Shown: positions 9,762 to 18,477, numbered from the stretch's first letter. The stretch: DNA of 64,000 bases from Clostridia bacterium (GCA_017438865.1 JAFRUN010000058.1:12833-76832), one strand, 5' to 3'. Made by a program: numbers and translations. The notes: generated from the sequence alone by a model not told the origin.

Positions 9762-11309
9762 TTACGCGAAATTGACGTAGACCTCGTTGATGTCGCTGTT
9801 TCGTTCGGACCAGTCGGCGATGTTCTGATTCCATCTCGGCCGGTACGGTTTGCCGAACAGCTCGTTCAGCGCGTTTGCCGATTTCTTCAGTCGTTCCTCG
9901 AGCGTCAGAAGCGTGGCGTAATACTCGTCCCGCTCCAGCTCTTCTTCCTCGGTCAGTTTGACCGTTTCATCACAGCGCGCCTTCGTCCACTGATCGACGG
10001 TATGGAACATCGTCTGCAGATTCTCATAATCCTGCCAGCAGGATGCGTAAGCCCTTTTCTGCTCCTCGCTCCAGTTGCCCGAATCGGAAACGCCGTTCAC
10101 CGCGGCGAACAGTTTTTTGGAAATGTTCATATAAAGAATGGCGCGGAATCCGCTCTTATGCAGGAATCGTTCGTATACAGGCGTATCGACCGGCATCGGT
10201 CCCGCGTCGATTCCGTAGATTTTTTTGATGAGATCGATCCGCGCCTGCTGATCGATGAAGCAGTACCGCCATTCATAATTACATTTCATATAGCCCTGGA
10301 TGCTGTAGGTCTGTATGCTGTCCGCATCGATATCCTTTGCGAAATTGACGAGCGCTGCCGTTTGTGCAAGACTGGTATTTGTGTAGACGTTGTCCCCCAT
10401 CACCTTCAGCATTTCCGGGATCATGGACAGCTTGCCTTCCTGTTTCAGCTTCTTGAAAATCGCCACCAGCATTTTGCGCTGGCGTGCCGTCCGGCTGGAA
10501 TCGAGACCGTCGGCAGATCTTCGCACGCGCATATAAGCCAGGACTGCAAGCCCATCCAGATGATGCATGCCCCTTCCGATCGCCCGGCCGTCAAACGTAT
10601 GAACGACGATATCCAGATCATAATCGATGCCGCCGATCATGTCGACCAGATCGATCAGCGCCTGGAAATCCACGCAGTAATAGTACGGGATCGAAATGCC
10701 GCCGAGCCATTCCTCCGCCGCGCGGCAGCTCAGCTCAAGCCCTGCTTTCGGATTCTGCATACCGCCGCCGACGTTGAACACGCAGTTAAACTTATAGAAT
10801 CCGGTATAGCCGGGCGCAGTCGTCAGGCAGTCGCGCGCGATAGAGATCAGACTGACCTCCTTCGTGTCGAAATTGATCGCCAGAACGAGGTTCGCATCGG
10901 TATGCGGCATGGTCCCGCTTGTGGTCCTTCCGTTTTCAAACGCATCGATCCCGAACAGCGCGACGTTGACGATCCCTTTCGGTTCTCCGTCGTCCGGCTG
11001 CTCCGTCACTTCGGGCTCCGCCGATGGAACCGGCGTCGGAAGCGGCGTGGCGCCGGGTTCCTCCGTCGGAAGATATTCGATCACGTTGAATGCAGGCGTC
11101 ACCTGCGGCGTCGTTACCGCAGATACGCGAACCGACGAGTCGAAGAACGCATCGGGCTTGTTCAGCACATGCCACACGAAGACGCCCCCGCCGATCAAAG
11201 CGAGACACAGGATTCCGAGAACGATCCAGAGCACGATCCTTCTCTTTTTTCTCTTTTTTTCCGGTCGACGGACCGGTTTGTTTTCTTCTCGGTCGATCTG
11301 ATTTTTCAC
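9762..11309 (-). CDS. LytR-CpsA-Psr (LCP) family polymer-to-wall ligase with a C-terminal extension
   Basis: N-terminal basic region and one TM segment, then NVALFGIDAFENGRTTSGTMPHTDANLVLAINFDTKEVSLISIARDC (LCP core). GTG start at 11309. Confidence 0.8.
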   Translation of the reverse strand: MKNQIDREENKPVRRPEKKRKKRRIVLWIVLGILCLALIGGGVFVWHVLNKPDAFFDSSVRVSAVTTPQVTPAFNVIEYLPTEEPGATPLPTPVPSAEPEVTEQPDDGEPKGIVNVALFGIDAFENGRTTSGTMPHTDANLVLAINFDTKEVSLISIARDCLTTAPGYTGFYKFNCVFNVGGGMQNPKAGLELSCRAAEEWLGGISIPYYYCVDFQALIDLVDMIGGIDYDLDIVVHTFDGRAIGRGMHHLDGLAVLAYMRVRRSADGLDSSRTARQRKMLVAIFKKLKQEGKLSMIPEMLKVMGDNVYTNTSLAQTAALVNFAKDIDADSIQTYSIQGYMKCNYEWRYCFIDQQARIDLIKKIYGIDAGPMPVDTPVYERFLHKSGFRAILYMNISKKLFAAVNGVSDSGNWSEEQKRAYASCWQDYENLQTMFHTVDQWTKARCDETVKLTEEEELERDEYYATLLTLEERLKKSANALNELFGKPYRPRWNQNIADWSERNSDINEVYVNFA

Positions 11310-11482
11310 TGTTCGGGGCTCCTGTCAAACTGGATTTTTCCGTATTTTGCGTTGCCTTCGGCATACGGCGCGGTTTTCGCGTCGCATCCGGCAAAACACG
11401 ATCTGTTCGACCGGCAGGTTACGGGGCGACTGTGGCCGCGCGCCGCCCGTTTCGGTCTCTTTTCCCCCTTTTCGACAATCCG

Positions 11483-13015
11483 TCAGTACAGGTTCGGGAT
11501 CAGTTCTTCCGTCGCCTGCATAACGGTCTTCCATTCCTCCGGATAATGCGCCTTTACGGCCTGCCAATCCGAATAGCCGACCTTCATTCCGTGGATATCG
11601 CTTCCCAGCGCGACGATCTTGCCTTCCCGCATCCAGTTGCGGAGGTACGCGCTCTGCACATGCCTCGTCAGCGCGGAAACGTTTACCTGCCCGTATACGC
11701 GATCAAGCGCAAGCATCGATTCCACCTGATTCCGGTCATAGCGGTCCACATGCGCAAGAACGATCGTGAAATCGCCGCGCTCGCTCAGCGCTTCGACGGA
11801 ATCCTTCAGCCGCTCCGTCCACCCCGTGAACGGCATCTCCAGAAGCAGCAGATCGGTCCCCATGAGACAAAGGTCCTCAAGATGCGGCAGCCCCTCGATC
11901 CCTTCAAATGCAAGCACCTCCGCGCCGAGAAGGATCCGCGGACTTCCCTCCGGGAGCTTTGCTTTCAGCTCCAGCCAGCTGCGCGCGCGCTTTTCGAGAA
12001 AGGTTTCCGCATCGGTCTGCTGTCCGTAAAAGTGCGATGTCGCACAGATCACGTCAACGCCGCTCTCCATTGCCGATTTGATCTGCCGGAGCGAATTCTC
12101 CGTGTCCGCGCTGCCGTGATCCAGTCCGGGCAGGATATGCGCGTGGAAGTCGATCTCCCTCGCCTTTTTCTTTGCCGGTCTTCGCGCCGCGGCGGCCGCC
12201 GTGCCGAAATTGAACTCCGGCGCGCTTCCGTCATGCCGGTATTCGTACTTGTATCCGTACTTGTATCCGTACTTGTATCCGTACTTATACCCGTATTTGT
12301 ATCCGTACTTACCGCCCTGCTTGAGGTTCAGGTCATTGATGACCACACCGCAGATCCGGCTGCCCGCGCTTTGCAGCGCGCTTTCGGCTTCAATCAGATC
12401 CCGCTGCTTGGACTGACCGGAACGAACGACCAGCAGCATTCCGTCGACAACGCGCGAAACGATCTGCGCGTCTGCGACCTCGTTGATCGGCGGCGTGTCG
12501 ATGATGATGTAGTCGTATTTCCTTCTGAAATATTCGATCGCGTTCTGGAAAGCTGCGGAAGCCAGCATCTCCGACGGATTCGGCGGGATCTTTCCGCAGG
12601 CGATGATCGAAAGCGACAGCCCGTCCGCGCCGTATACGTCGCAGGAATCCACCTTTGCGATCAGATCGCTGAGTCCGTTTTTCGTATGGATATGCCAGAG
12701 ACGGGCAATGTTCGGCTTGCGCATATCGCAATCGATCAGAAGCGTCTTTTTTCCGAGCATGGCAAACGAGATCGCGATATTGGACGCCGTTAAACTCTTG
12801 CCCTCGGAAGGATTCGGGCTGGTCACGCCGAATACCTTGCAGCCGCGATCGTCCATTGACGATACGCTGTACATCAGATTCGTGCGAAGCTGAACATATG
12901 CTTCGCGGATTGCAAACGCGCTGCTGTCGGTCAGGATCTTCTTTCTGTTTTCCCAGACCTGTGCGCGTTCTTCCTGTCTGCGGTCCGATCCGGAACGGTT
13001 CTTTCTGTTACTCAT
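11483..13015 (-). CDS. Fusion protein: CpsD/Wze-type bacterial tyrosine (BY) autokinase, internal Tyr cluster, then a CpsB/YwqE-type PHP phosphotyrosine phosphatase
   Basis: Kinase signatures are Walker A SPNPSEGKS, Walker A' LLIDCDMRKP and Walker B YIIIDTPP. The Tyr cluster is GKYGYKYGYKYGYKYGYKYGYKYEY. After a basic/Ala linker come the PHP motifs IDFHAHILPGLDHG, ATSH, GAE, LAHVDRY and GSDIHG. The start is set at ATG 13015 (MSNRKN), which overlaps the cpsC stop as ATGAGTAA. Confidence 0.85.
   Translation of the reverse strand: MSNRKNRSGSDRRQEERAQVWENRKKILTDSSAFAIREAYVQLRTNLMYSVSSMDDRGCKVFGVTSPNPSEGKSLTASNIAISFAMLGKKTLLIDCDMRKPNIARLWHIHTKNGLSDLIAKVDSCDVYGADGLSLSIIACGKIPPNPSEMLASAAFQNAIEYFRRKYDYIIIDTPPINEVADAQIVSRVVDGMLLVVRSGQSKQRDLIEAESALQSAGSRICGVVINDLNLKQGGKYGYKYGYKYGYKYGYKYGYKYEYRHDGSAPEFNFGTAAAAARRPAKKKAREIDFHAHILPGLDHGSADTENSLRQIKSAMESGVDVICATSHFYGQQTDAETFLEKRARSWLELKAKLPEGSPRILLGAEVLAFEGIEGLPHLEDLCLMGTDLLLLEMPFTGWTERLKDSVEALSERGDFTIVLAHVDRYDRNQVESMLALDRVYGQVNVSALTRHVQSAYLRNWMREGKIVALGSDIHGMKVGYSDWQAVKAHYPEEWKTVMQATEELIPNLY
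12245..12310 (-). repeat. About 5.5 copies of a 12-bp in-frame tandem repeat (plus strand gtacttgtatcc) encoding (YGYK)n
   Basis: The direct read of 12245-12310 is gtacttgtatcc gtacttgtatcc gtacttgtatcc gtacttataccc gtatttgtatcc gtactt. It encodes the phospho-acceptor Tyr cluster of the kinase. Confidence 0.9.
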
Positions 13016-13820
13016 TGACGATTTCCTCCCGAAGCGAAACTTCCCATGTGCTCGTTTCCTCATTGCCGACGACGATCATCGGCACCGTTCCGATGACCGG
13101 GCAGCGGCTGACCTTCTGCACCTCTTCCGACGTGTAGATCGTCGTATCGAGGAACGCCCGCAGCAGGAAATAGATCGCCGCAAGCACAAAGCCCGCGAGG
13201 AAGCCGACGATGATGTTTCGTGTGAGATTCGGACTGGACGCTTTCCTCGGGACCGTCGCATAGTCGACGATCTCAACGCCGCCGGCTTTTGTGATGCGGA
13301 CGATCTGATCCGGAATATATTTAGCAAAGGTATTGGCGATATCCGCAGAAAGCAGCGGATCCTCGGTTGCGACGTTGATCCGGATCAGCTTGGTACCTTC
13401 CGGAACGGATACCGTAACGGCTTTCAACAGCATATCCGGCCGCACATTCCGCGACGCGTGTTCCGGGTGCTCCGCATTGAAGCGTTCCGAAACGACATCC
13501 AGAACGGAATTGCTTTTCACGATGACCTGATAGGTTTTGATAAGGTTGTCCGCAGCGACAAGCTCGCTGTTGCTGATCGTGCCCGTCTGATTCTGTTCGG
13601 CAGTCGTAAAAACGTACATGGACGTATTCGCCGTGTATTTCTTGCGAATAAAGAAATGCGTTACAAGACCGACGATCACCGCAACGAGAATCCCCGCGAT
13701 CAGAATGAAGATCCATTTCGAAAGCAAAATCTGAAAGATATCTCTGAGATTGATTTCGACTTCGTTTTTCTCTCTTCTCACCTGTTCCAAAGCTGTCTGT
13801 CCTTTCCCTTGAAAATACAA
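13008..13820 (-). CDS. CpsC/YveK (Wzz-type) chain-length determinant / BY-kinase transmembrane modulator
   Basis: ...INLRDIFQILLSKWIFILIAGILVAVIVGLV (TM1), a Wzz-like periplasmic region, then a second TM (GFLAGFVLAAIYFLL) and the cytoplasmic tail that normally activates CpsD. The start is ambiguous: TTG at 13820, TTG at 13790 (RBS GGGAAAGGA 9 nt upstream) or GTG at 13781. Confidence 0.8.
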   Translation of the reverse strand: MYFQGKGQTALEQVRREKNEVEINLRDIFQILLSKWIFILIAGILVAVIVGLVTHFFIRKKYTANTSMYVFTTAEQNQTGTISNSELVAADNLIKTYQVIVKSNSVLDVVSERFNAEHPEHASRNVRPDMLLKAVTVSVPEGTKLIRINVATEDPLLSADIANTFAKYIPDQIVRITKAGGVEIVDYATVPRKASSPNLTRNIIVGFLAGFVLAAIYFLLRAFLDTTIYTSEEVQKVSRCPVIGTVPMIVVGNEETSTWEVSLREEIVNE

Positions 13821-13880
13821 TGCTTCCTGCTTTTTTCGAGTTTTTGTTCAAAATTTCAAAATAGTATGTTTACTATGATC

Positions 13881-13904
13881 GATTATGCGTTTATTTGCAT
13901 AATC
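13881..13904 (-). repeat. Perfect 8-bp inverted repeat (hairpin GAUUAUGC-N8-GCAUAAUC) in the EPS operon 5' leader
   Basis: Read directly as gattatgc gtttattt gcataatc. It lies between the predicted promoter (13938-13966) and the cpsC start. Confidence 0.6.
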
Positions 13905-13937
13905 GGCACATAATATCGCATATTATTAGACTTTAAC

Positions 13938-13966
13938 ATTATACATGAATCGTTCCCATGCGTCAA
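13938..13966 (-). promoter_or_regulatory. Sigma-A type promoter of the EPS operon
   Basis: The minus strand reads TTGACG-17 nt-TATAAT (cgtcaa at 13961-13966, attata at 13938-13943), inside the only AT-rich gap of the locus. Confidence 0.6.
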
Positions 13967-13994
13967 TATGCAGGGCGTTTATCAAAGATATGTC

Positions 13995-14024
13995 AAAAAA
14001 CGGCTGCCGAAGCGCCGCCGTTTT
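13995..14024 (-). terminator. Candidate intrinsic terminator immediately after loaP
   Basis: The minus strand reads AAAACGGCGGCGCTTCGGCAGCCGTTTTTT. The stem is imperfect (4 bp, one mismatch, then 2 bp) and is followed by a T6 tract. Confidence 0.45.
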
Positions 14025-14041
14025 GTCTGTTTGTTTTCGTT

Positions 14042-14584
14042 CTATTCCTTTGCCGCCCGTTCCGTTCCCCGGCGAATCGGATCGAGATCCGCGTTGCTTT
14101 CAATGTATTCGATCGAACACCAGATGTTCCGGAACAGTGCGTCGCCGCCGCCGAGCGCGATCTGCACGAGTTTCCGCCCCTTATTGACCTTGACGACCTT
14201 TGCCTCCATGCCGACAAGCGGACCGCCGACGAATGCGATCTTCGTGCCGACCTTCACGACCTGTGACACGTCGACCAGCCCCTCATAGCGCTTCAGCCAT
14301 TCGACGAATGCAAGGTCTCCGCCGTGCAGCGCGCCGGTCCCGTCCTCGTACCGCAGCGTTTTCAGAACGCCGGAGCAGCGCCGGATCAGATCCCATTCCG
14401 GTTCCGTATCCGCATCGAAAAAGACATATCCCGGAAGCAGCCGCACCTTTGTTTTCCTGACGCCGCCCGCATCCGGCTTACTGCGGACCGCAAGCGGGGA
14501 GAACGCCGCATAACCGCGGCGCGCAAGGTAATCGATGACAAGACCTTCCTGCCCGCTTTTGCAAAACAGACAGTAACTCTCCAC
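14042..14584 (-). CDS. loaP: NusG-family specialised paralog (LoaP-like processive antiterminator)
   Basis: The NGN domain (YCLFCKSGQEGLVIDYLARRGYAAFSPLAVR...RLLPGYVFFD) is followed by a KOW motif (VKVGTKIAFVGGPLVGMEAKVVKVN). The start is reassigned to GTG 14584, preceded by AAAGGAGGGGG. It sits directly upstream of a polysaccharide operon. Confidence 0.7.
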   Translation of the reverse strand: MESYCLFCKSGQEGLVIDYLARRGYAAFSPLAVRSKPDAGGVRKTKVRLLPGYVFFDADTEPEWDLIRRCSGVLKTLRYEDGTGALHGGDLAFVEWLKRYEGLVDVSQVVKVGTKIAFVGGPLVGMEAKVVKVNKGRKLVQIALGGGDALFRNIWCSIEYIESNADLDPIRRGTERAAKE

Positions 14585-14620
14585 GGTTCCCCCTCCTTTT
14601 GCGTTTGTTCCGGTGTTTTT

Positions 14621-14650
14621 ATTATAGGGAGCGCCGCGCCGGATTGTCAA
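14621..14650 (-). promoter_or_regulatory. Sigma-A type promoter for loaP
   Basis: The minus strand reads TTGACA-18 nt-TATAAT (tgtcaa at 14645-14650, attata at 14621-14626). Confidence 0.5.
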
Positions 14651-14668
14651 GAATCTGCGCTTTTTCTC

Positions 14669-14697
14669 TTGAAGCATCCGCCTGTTTGGGATATACT
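14669..14697 (+). promoter_or_regulatory. Candidate promoter for the esterase/thioesterase/GH13 genes
   Basis: TTGAAG-17 nt-TATACT, about 48 nt upstream of the ATG at 14745. Confidence 0.4.
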
Positions 14698-14744
14698 GTA
14701 GAAAAATGCGCCGACGGTTCTTCGTTTGGAAAGGAGACGCGCGG

Positions 14745-15509
14745 ATGATTTATGTAAAGAGAATTCAGATCCCGGAACTTCCGACCGAAAAACCGCGCCG
14801 GCTGTATATCGATCTGCCGCGCGGATATCATTCCGGCGAGCAAAGATATCCCGTTCTTTACATGTTCGACGGGCACAATGTCTTCTACGACAGCCATGCG
14901 ACCTACGGAAAAAGCTGGGGCATGAAGGAATATCTGGAAAAGCAGAAGCCGCAGCTGATCCTCGTTGCGGTCGAATGCAATCCCGAGGGATTCCGCCGGC
15001 TGTTCGAATACAGTCCGTGGGATTTTTCGGCGCCGCGTCCGATCGGCGACGTGCAGGGGCTCGGCATGGTCACGATGGACTGGTTCACGACCGTTCTGAA
15101 GCCGGAGATCGATGCGGCGTACCGCACGCTGCCCGACCGCGAACACACCCTGATCGGCGGAAGCTCCATGGGCGGATTGATGTCGCTCTACGCCGCGGTG
15201 GAATACAATCACGTCTTCTCCCGCGCGGCGGTTCTGTCCCCCAGTCTCTGGGTATCGCCGAAAAAGCTCAAAGAGCTGATCCGCTCGCATCCGCTTGCAT
15301 CGCCGACACGGATCTACATGGACATGGGAACCGGCGAGATCGACAAACGCCGCCTTTCGCCTGCGGGTATGTTCGAAACCGCAAAGGAGCTGAGCAAGGC
15401 GGGCGCGGACGTTTCCGCAAACGTCATTCCCCGCGCGGTCCACAACGAGGCCGCGTGGGAAAAGCGCATTCCCGACGTGTTCGGATACCTGTTTAACAAT
15501 TTGAAGTAA
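14745..15509 (+). CDS. Alpha/beta-hydrolase, putative esterase family (esterase D / enterochelin-esterase-like)
   Basis: YPVLYMFDGHNVF... and the nucleophile elbow GGSSMGG. The start is moved to ATG 14745, which has AAGGAG 8 nt upstream. Confidence 0.7.
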   Translation: MIYVKRIQIPELPTEKPRRLYIDLPRGYHSGEQRYPVLYMFDGHNVFYDSHATYGKSWGMKEYLEKQKPQLILVAVECNPEGFRRLFEYSPWDFSAPRPIGDVQGLGMVTMDWFTTVLKPEIDAAYRTLPDREHTLIGGSSMGGLMSLYAAVEYNHVFSRAAVLSPSLWVSPKKLKELIRSHPLASPTRIYMDMGTGEIDKRRLSPAGMFETAKELSKAGADVSANVIPRAVHNEAAWEKRIPDVFGYLFNNLK

Positions 15510-15518
15510 GGAGCCGTC

Positions 15519-16244
15519 ATGGAAGTTTTTACCCGGGATTACCGCATCGCCTATTCCGATGCCGATTTAAAACAGCAGCTCCGGCTGTCGCGGCTGTTCA
15601 CGCTTCTGCAGGAGGCGGCGACCGACCATGCCGCGCTGCTCGGCGCAGGCAGCGACAAGACGCTTGACCGCGGGCTTTTGTGGATCGTCACGCTGCAGGA
15701 GGCGATCGTTCACCGGATGCCCGCCTATGACGAATCCGTGCGCATCGTCACCTGGCCGGGAAAGATCCGGCATCTGCTGTTTCCGCGTTTCTACCGCATC
15801 GAGGACGGGGCGGGAAACGCGCTGATCGAAGCCAGCTCTTTATGGGCGCTGATGGACCGCGAAACGCGCAAGGCGGCTTTTTTCGGGCAGCACGGGATCG
15901 ACGTTCCCCCCGTCGTGACCGGAAACGAGATCCCTCTGCCGTCCGTTCCGCGGACACAGCCGGCGGAGGTTACGGGCGCGTTCACCGTACCGTACAGCTA
16001 TATCGACCAGAACGGTCATATGAACAACACCCGCTATTTCGATCTTGCGGAAGACGTGATGCCCGCGGATCTGCGCAGGCGTCCGCTGTGCCGCGTGCAG
16101 ACCGAGTATTCCCGTGAGGCGGTCCTCGGCACGGAGATCACGCTGAAAAGCGAACGGGACGCCGACACGTTCCTGCTTGTCGGCGAAAACGAGGAACAGA
16201 AGCTCTTTAAGCTCGCCTTTACCTATGCATCCGAACAAAACTGA
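15519..16244 (+). CDS. Acyl-[acyl-carrier-protein] thioesterase
   Basis: 241-aa double hot-dog protein. YRIAYSDADLKQQLRLSRLFTLLQEAATDHA... and ...YSYIDQNGHMNNTRYFD are typical of the FatA/B-like bacterial acyl-ACP thioesterase family. Confidence 0.75.
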   Translation: MEVFTRDYRIAYSDADLKQQLRLSRLFTLLQEAATDHAALLGAGSDKTLDRGLLWIVTLQEAIVHRMPAYDESVRIVTWPGKIRHLLFPRFYRIEDGAGNALIEASSLWALMDRETRKAAFFGQHGIDVPPVVTGNEIPLPSVPRTQPAEVTGAFTVPYSYIDQNGHMNNTRYFDLAEDVMPADLRRRPLCRVQTEYSREAVLGTEITLKSERDADTFLLVGENEEQKLFKLAFTYASEQN

Positions 16245-16266
16245 TCCGTTTTCGGGAGGGACTTCC

Positions 16267-17526
16267 ATGCAGCTCCGCAACATGACGCTTTATTCGATCT
16301 TTATCCGCAATTTCGGCGGAACGTTTGCCGCCGTCGAGGCCGATCTTCCGCGCATCCGCGCGCTCGGCGTCGACGCGATCTGGCTTCTGCCCGTCCATCC
16401 GATCGGCACGGACAAACGCAAGGGCTCGCTCGGTTCGCCTTACGCGATCAGCGATTACCGCGCCGTCAACCCGGAATTCGGCACAACGGACGATTTCATT
16501 CATCTTTGCGATACCGCACATGCGCTCGGTCTGAAGGTGCTGATCGACGTGGTATACCACCACACCTCGCCGGATTCCGTTCTGGTCCGAACGCATCCCG
16601 AATACTTCTACCGGAAACCGGACGGCTCGTTCGGCAATCACGTCGGCGAATGGACCGACATCATCGATCTCGATTTCTCCGCCCGTCCGCTTTGGGACGA
16701 GCTGATCGATACGCTGTGCTTCTGGGCGAAGTATGTCGACGGCTTCCGCTGCGACGTTGCGTCGCTGGTTCCGCTCGCTTTCTGGCTCGAAGCAAGAAAG
16801 CGTGTGGAAACCGTCCGTCCCGGCTGCATCTGGCTTGCGGAATCGGTCGAGCACGATTTCATCCGCTATAGCCGCGCGCAGGGACTGGACGCGCTGTCCG
16901 ATTCCGAGCTGTACCGCGCATTCGATATCTGTTACGATTACGACGTCTATCCGGAATATGTCGCCTATCACGAGGGCAGGATCCCGCTTGCCGAATATGC
17001 CGCGGCGCTCGTCCGGCAGGAAAGCACCTATCCCGCCGATTATGTGAAGCTGCGCTTCACCGAAAACCATGACCGTCCGCGCACTGCAAAGCTGTTTCCG
17101 GATCGCGTCACGCGAGAGAACTGGATCGCGTGGACCTTCTTCCAGAAGGGTATGCCGATGCTCTATTGCGGGCAGGAATGGGCGGACGATCATCAGCCCA
17201 CGCTGTTCGATCCCGATCCGATCGCGCGCGAGGGCGAGCCGATACACGCGCCGCTTCTCAGAAAGCTCATTGCCATGAAGAAGGATCCGCTGTTTTCGGA
17301 CGGCGTCTATGCGATCGAAGCGCGTCCGGACGACACGATCGTTTCGACATGGGCGCTCGGCGATCGCAAAGCGGTCGGCGTATTCCGTCTGCGCGGGAAG
17401 CCCGGCTCCGTCGAGGTCCCGCTGCCGGACGGAGAATACCGCGATCTGCTTTCCGGACGCGGACGTCTTGTGCAGAGCGGCGTTCTGTCCTCCCCCGGCG
17501 AACCGATGATTTTTCTTGTCGAATAA
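16267..17526 (+). CDS. Cytoplasmic GH13 alpha-amylase-family glycoside hydrolase
   Basis: GVDAIWLLPVHP, LKVLIDVVYHHTS and DGFRCDVA correspond to GH13 conserved regions I and II. The start is at ATG 16267 with a GGGAGGG RBS. Confidence 0.8.
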   Translation: MQLRNMTLYSIFIRNFGGTFAAVEADLPRIRALGVDAIWLLPVHPIGTDKRKGSLGSPYAISDYRAVNPEFGTTDDFIHLCDTAHALGLKVLIDVVYHHTSPDSVLVRTHPEYFYRKPDGSFGNHVGEWTDIIDLDFSARPLWDELIDTLCFWAKYVDGFRCDVASLVPLAFWLEARKRVETVRPGCIWLAESVEHDFIRYSRAQGLDALSDSELYRAFDICYDYDVYPEYVAYHEGRIPLAEYAAALVRQESTYPADYVKLRFTENHDRPRTAKLFPDRVTRENWIAWTFFQKGMPMLYCGQEWADDHQPTLFDPDPIAREGEPIHAPLLRKLIAMKKDPLFSDGVYAIEARPDDTIVSTWALGDRKAVGVFRLRGKPGSVEVPLPDGEYRDLLSGRGRLVQSGVLSSPGEPMIFLVE

Positions 17527-17549
17527 GCGATAAAAAACCGGTCAGGGCA

Positions 17550-17578
17550 TTGCGAACGGACGGCAAAACTGATATACT
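17550..17578 (+). promoter_or_regulatory. Candidate promoter for the first transketolase pair
   Basis: TTGCGA-17 nt-TATACT. Confidence 0.4.
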
Positions 17579-17634
17579 GTAAAAGATGCATAAACAAACC
17601 GGCGCGTCTGCCGGAAATGAAAAGGGAGGAAGCT

Positions 17635-18477
17635 ATGGAATTCAAAGAGAAACAGGCAATCGAAGCGTTTGCTCTGCGCATCCGCATGGCGGCGCTCGAA
17701 GCGATCCACTCGATCGGTTCCGGTCACGTCGGCGGCGTTATGAGCATTTCCGACGCGCTGGCGGTGCTGTACGGGCGGGAAATGAAGGTCCGTCCCGAGG
17801 ATCCGAAATGGCCGGACCGCGACTATCTCGTGATGTCGAAAGGTCACGCGGGACCGGCGGTGTACGCCACGCTCGCACTGAAGGGTTTCTTTCCGTATGA
17901 AGAACTGAAAACGCTGAACCGCGGCGGCACGCGGCTTCCGAGCCATTGCGACCGCAACAAGACGCCCGGCGTGGACATGACGACCGGATCGCTCGGTCAG
18001 GGCACCTCGCAGGCGGCGGGACTTGCGCTCGGCAACAAGCTCAGAGGACGCGACAACCGCGTGTTCCTGATCGTCGGCGACGGCGAGATGGACGAAGGTC
18101 AGTGCTGGGAATCCTTCCTGTTCGCAAGCGCGAAAAAGCTCGGCAATCTCGTCGTTCTGATCGACTGGAACAAGCGTCAGCTCGACGGTTATCTGGACGA
18201 GGTTCTGCCGATGGGCGATTTCGTCGCCAAGATGGAGGCGTTCGGTTTTGATGCGGTCAAGGTCGACGGCGGCGACGTGGAAGCGATCGCGGCCGCTTTG
18301 GAACGCACGAGAAACGGCGGCGACAAACCGTACGCGATCGTGCTCGATACGATCAAAGGTCACGGCGTCGACGAGGTGGAAGCCATCGCGATGAACCACA
18401 GCTTGCCGGTGACCGACGAACGGTTTGCAAATTGGACCGCCGAGCTCAAAGCGAAGCTCGATGCATTGGAGGGCTGA
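17635..18477 (+). CDS. Transketolase, N-terminal (TPP-binding) subunit, copy 1
   Basis: SGHVGGVMS, SKGHAGPAVYA, GSLGQG and GDGEMDEGQCWE (TPP/Mg motif GDG-x-EG). RBS GGGAGGAAGCT precedes ATG 17635. Confidence 0.9.
   Translation: MEFKEKQAIEAFALRIRMAALEAIHSIGSGHVGGVMSISDALAVLYGREMKVRPEDPKWPDRDYLVMSKGHAGPAVYATLALKGFFPYEELKTLNRGGTRLPSHCDRNKTPGVDMTTGSLGQGTSQAAGLALGNKLRGRDNRVFLIVGDGEMDEGQCWESFLFASAKKLGNLVVLIDWNKRQLDGYLDEVLPMGDFVAKMEAFGFDAVKVDGGDVEAIAAALERTRNGGDKPYAIVLDTIKGHGVDEVEAIAMNHSLPVTDERFANWTAELKAKLDALEG

Noticed and set aside
12201-12416. 71-aa plus-strand ORF with a striking (YLYP)n repeat
   Set aside because: It is the reverse-frame reading of the 12-bp coding repeat of the BY-kinase Tyr cluster, not an independent peptide gene.
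10002-12793. Plus-strand ORFs 10002-11546 (514 aa) and 11090-12793 (567 aa)
   Set aside because: They are antisense to the LCP and kinase-phosphatase genes and have low-complexity composition. The 11090 ORF merely reads the Tyr-repeat backwards, giving an SVLV repeat.
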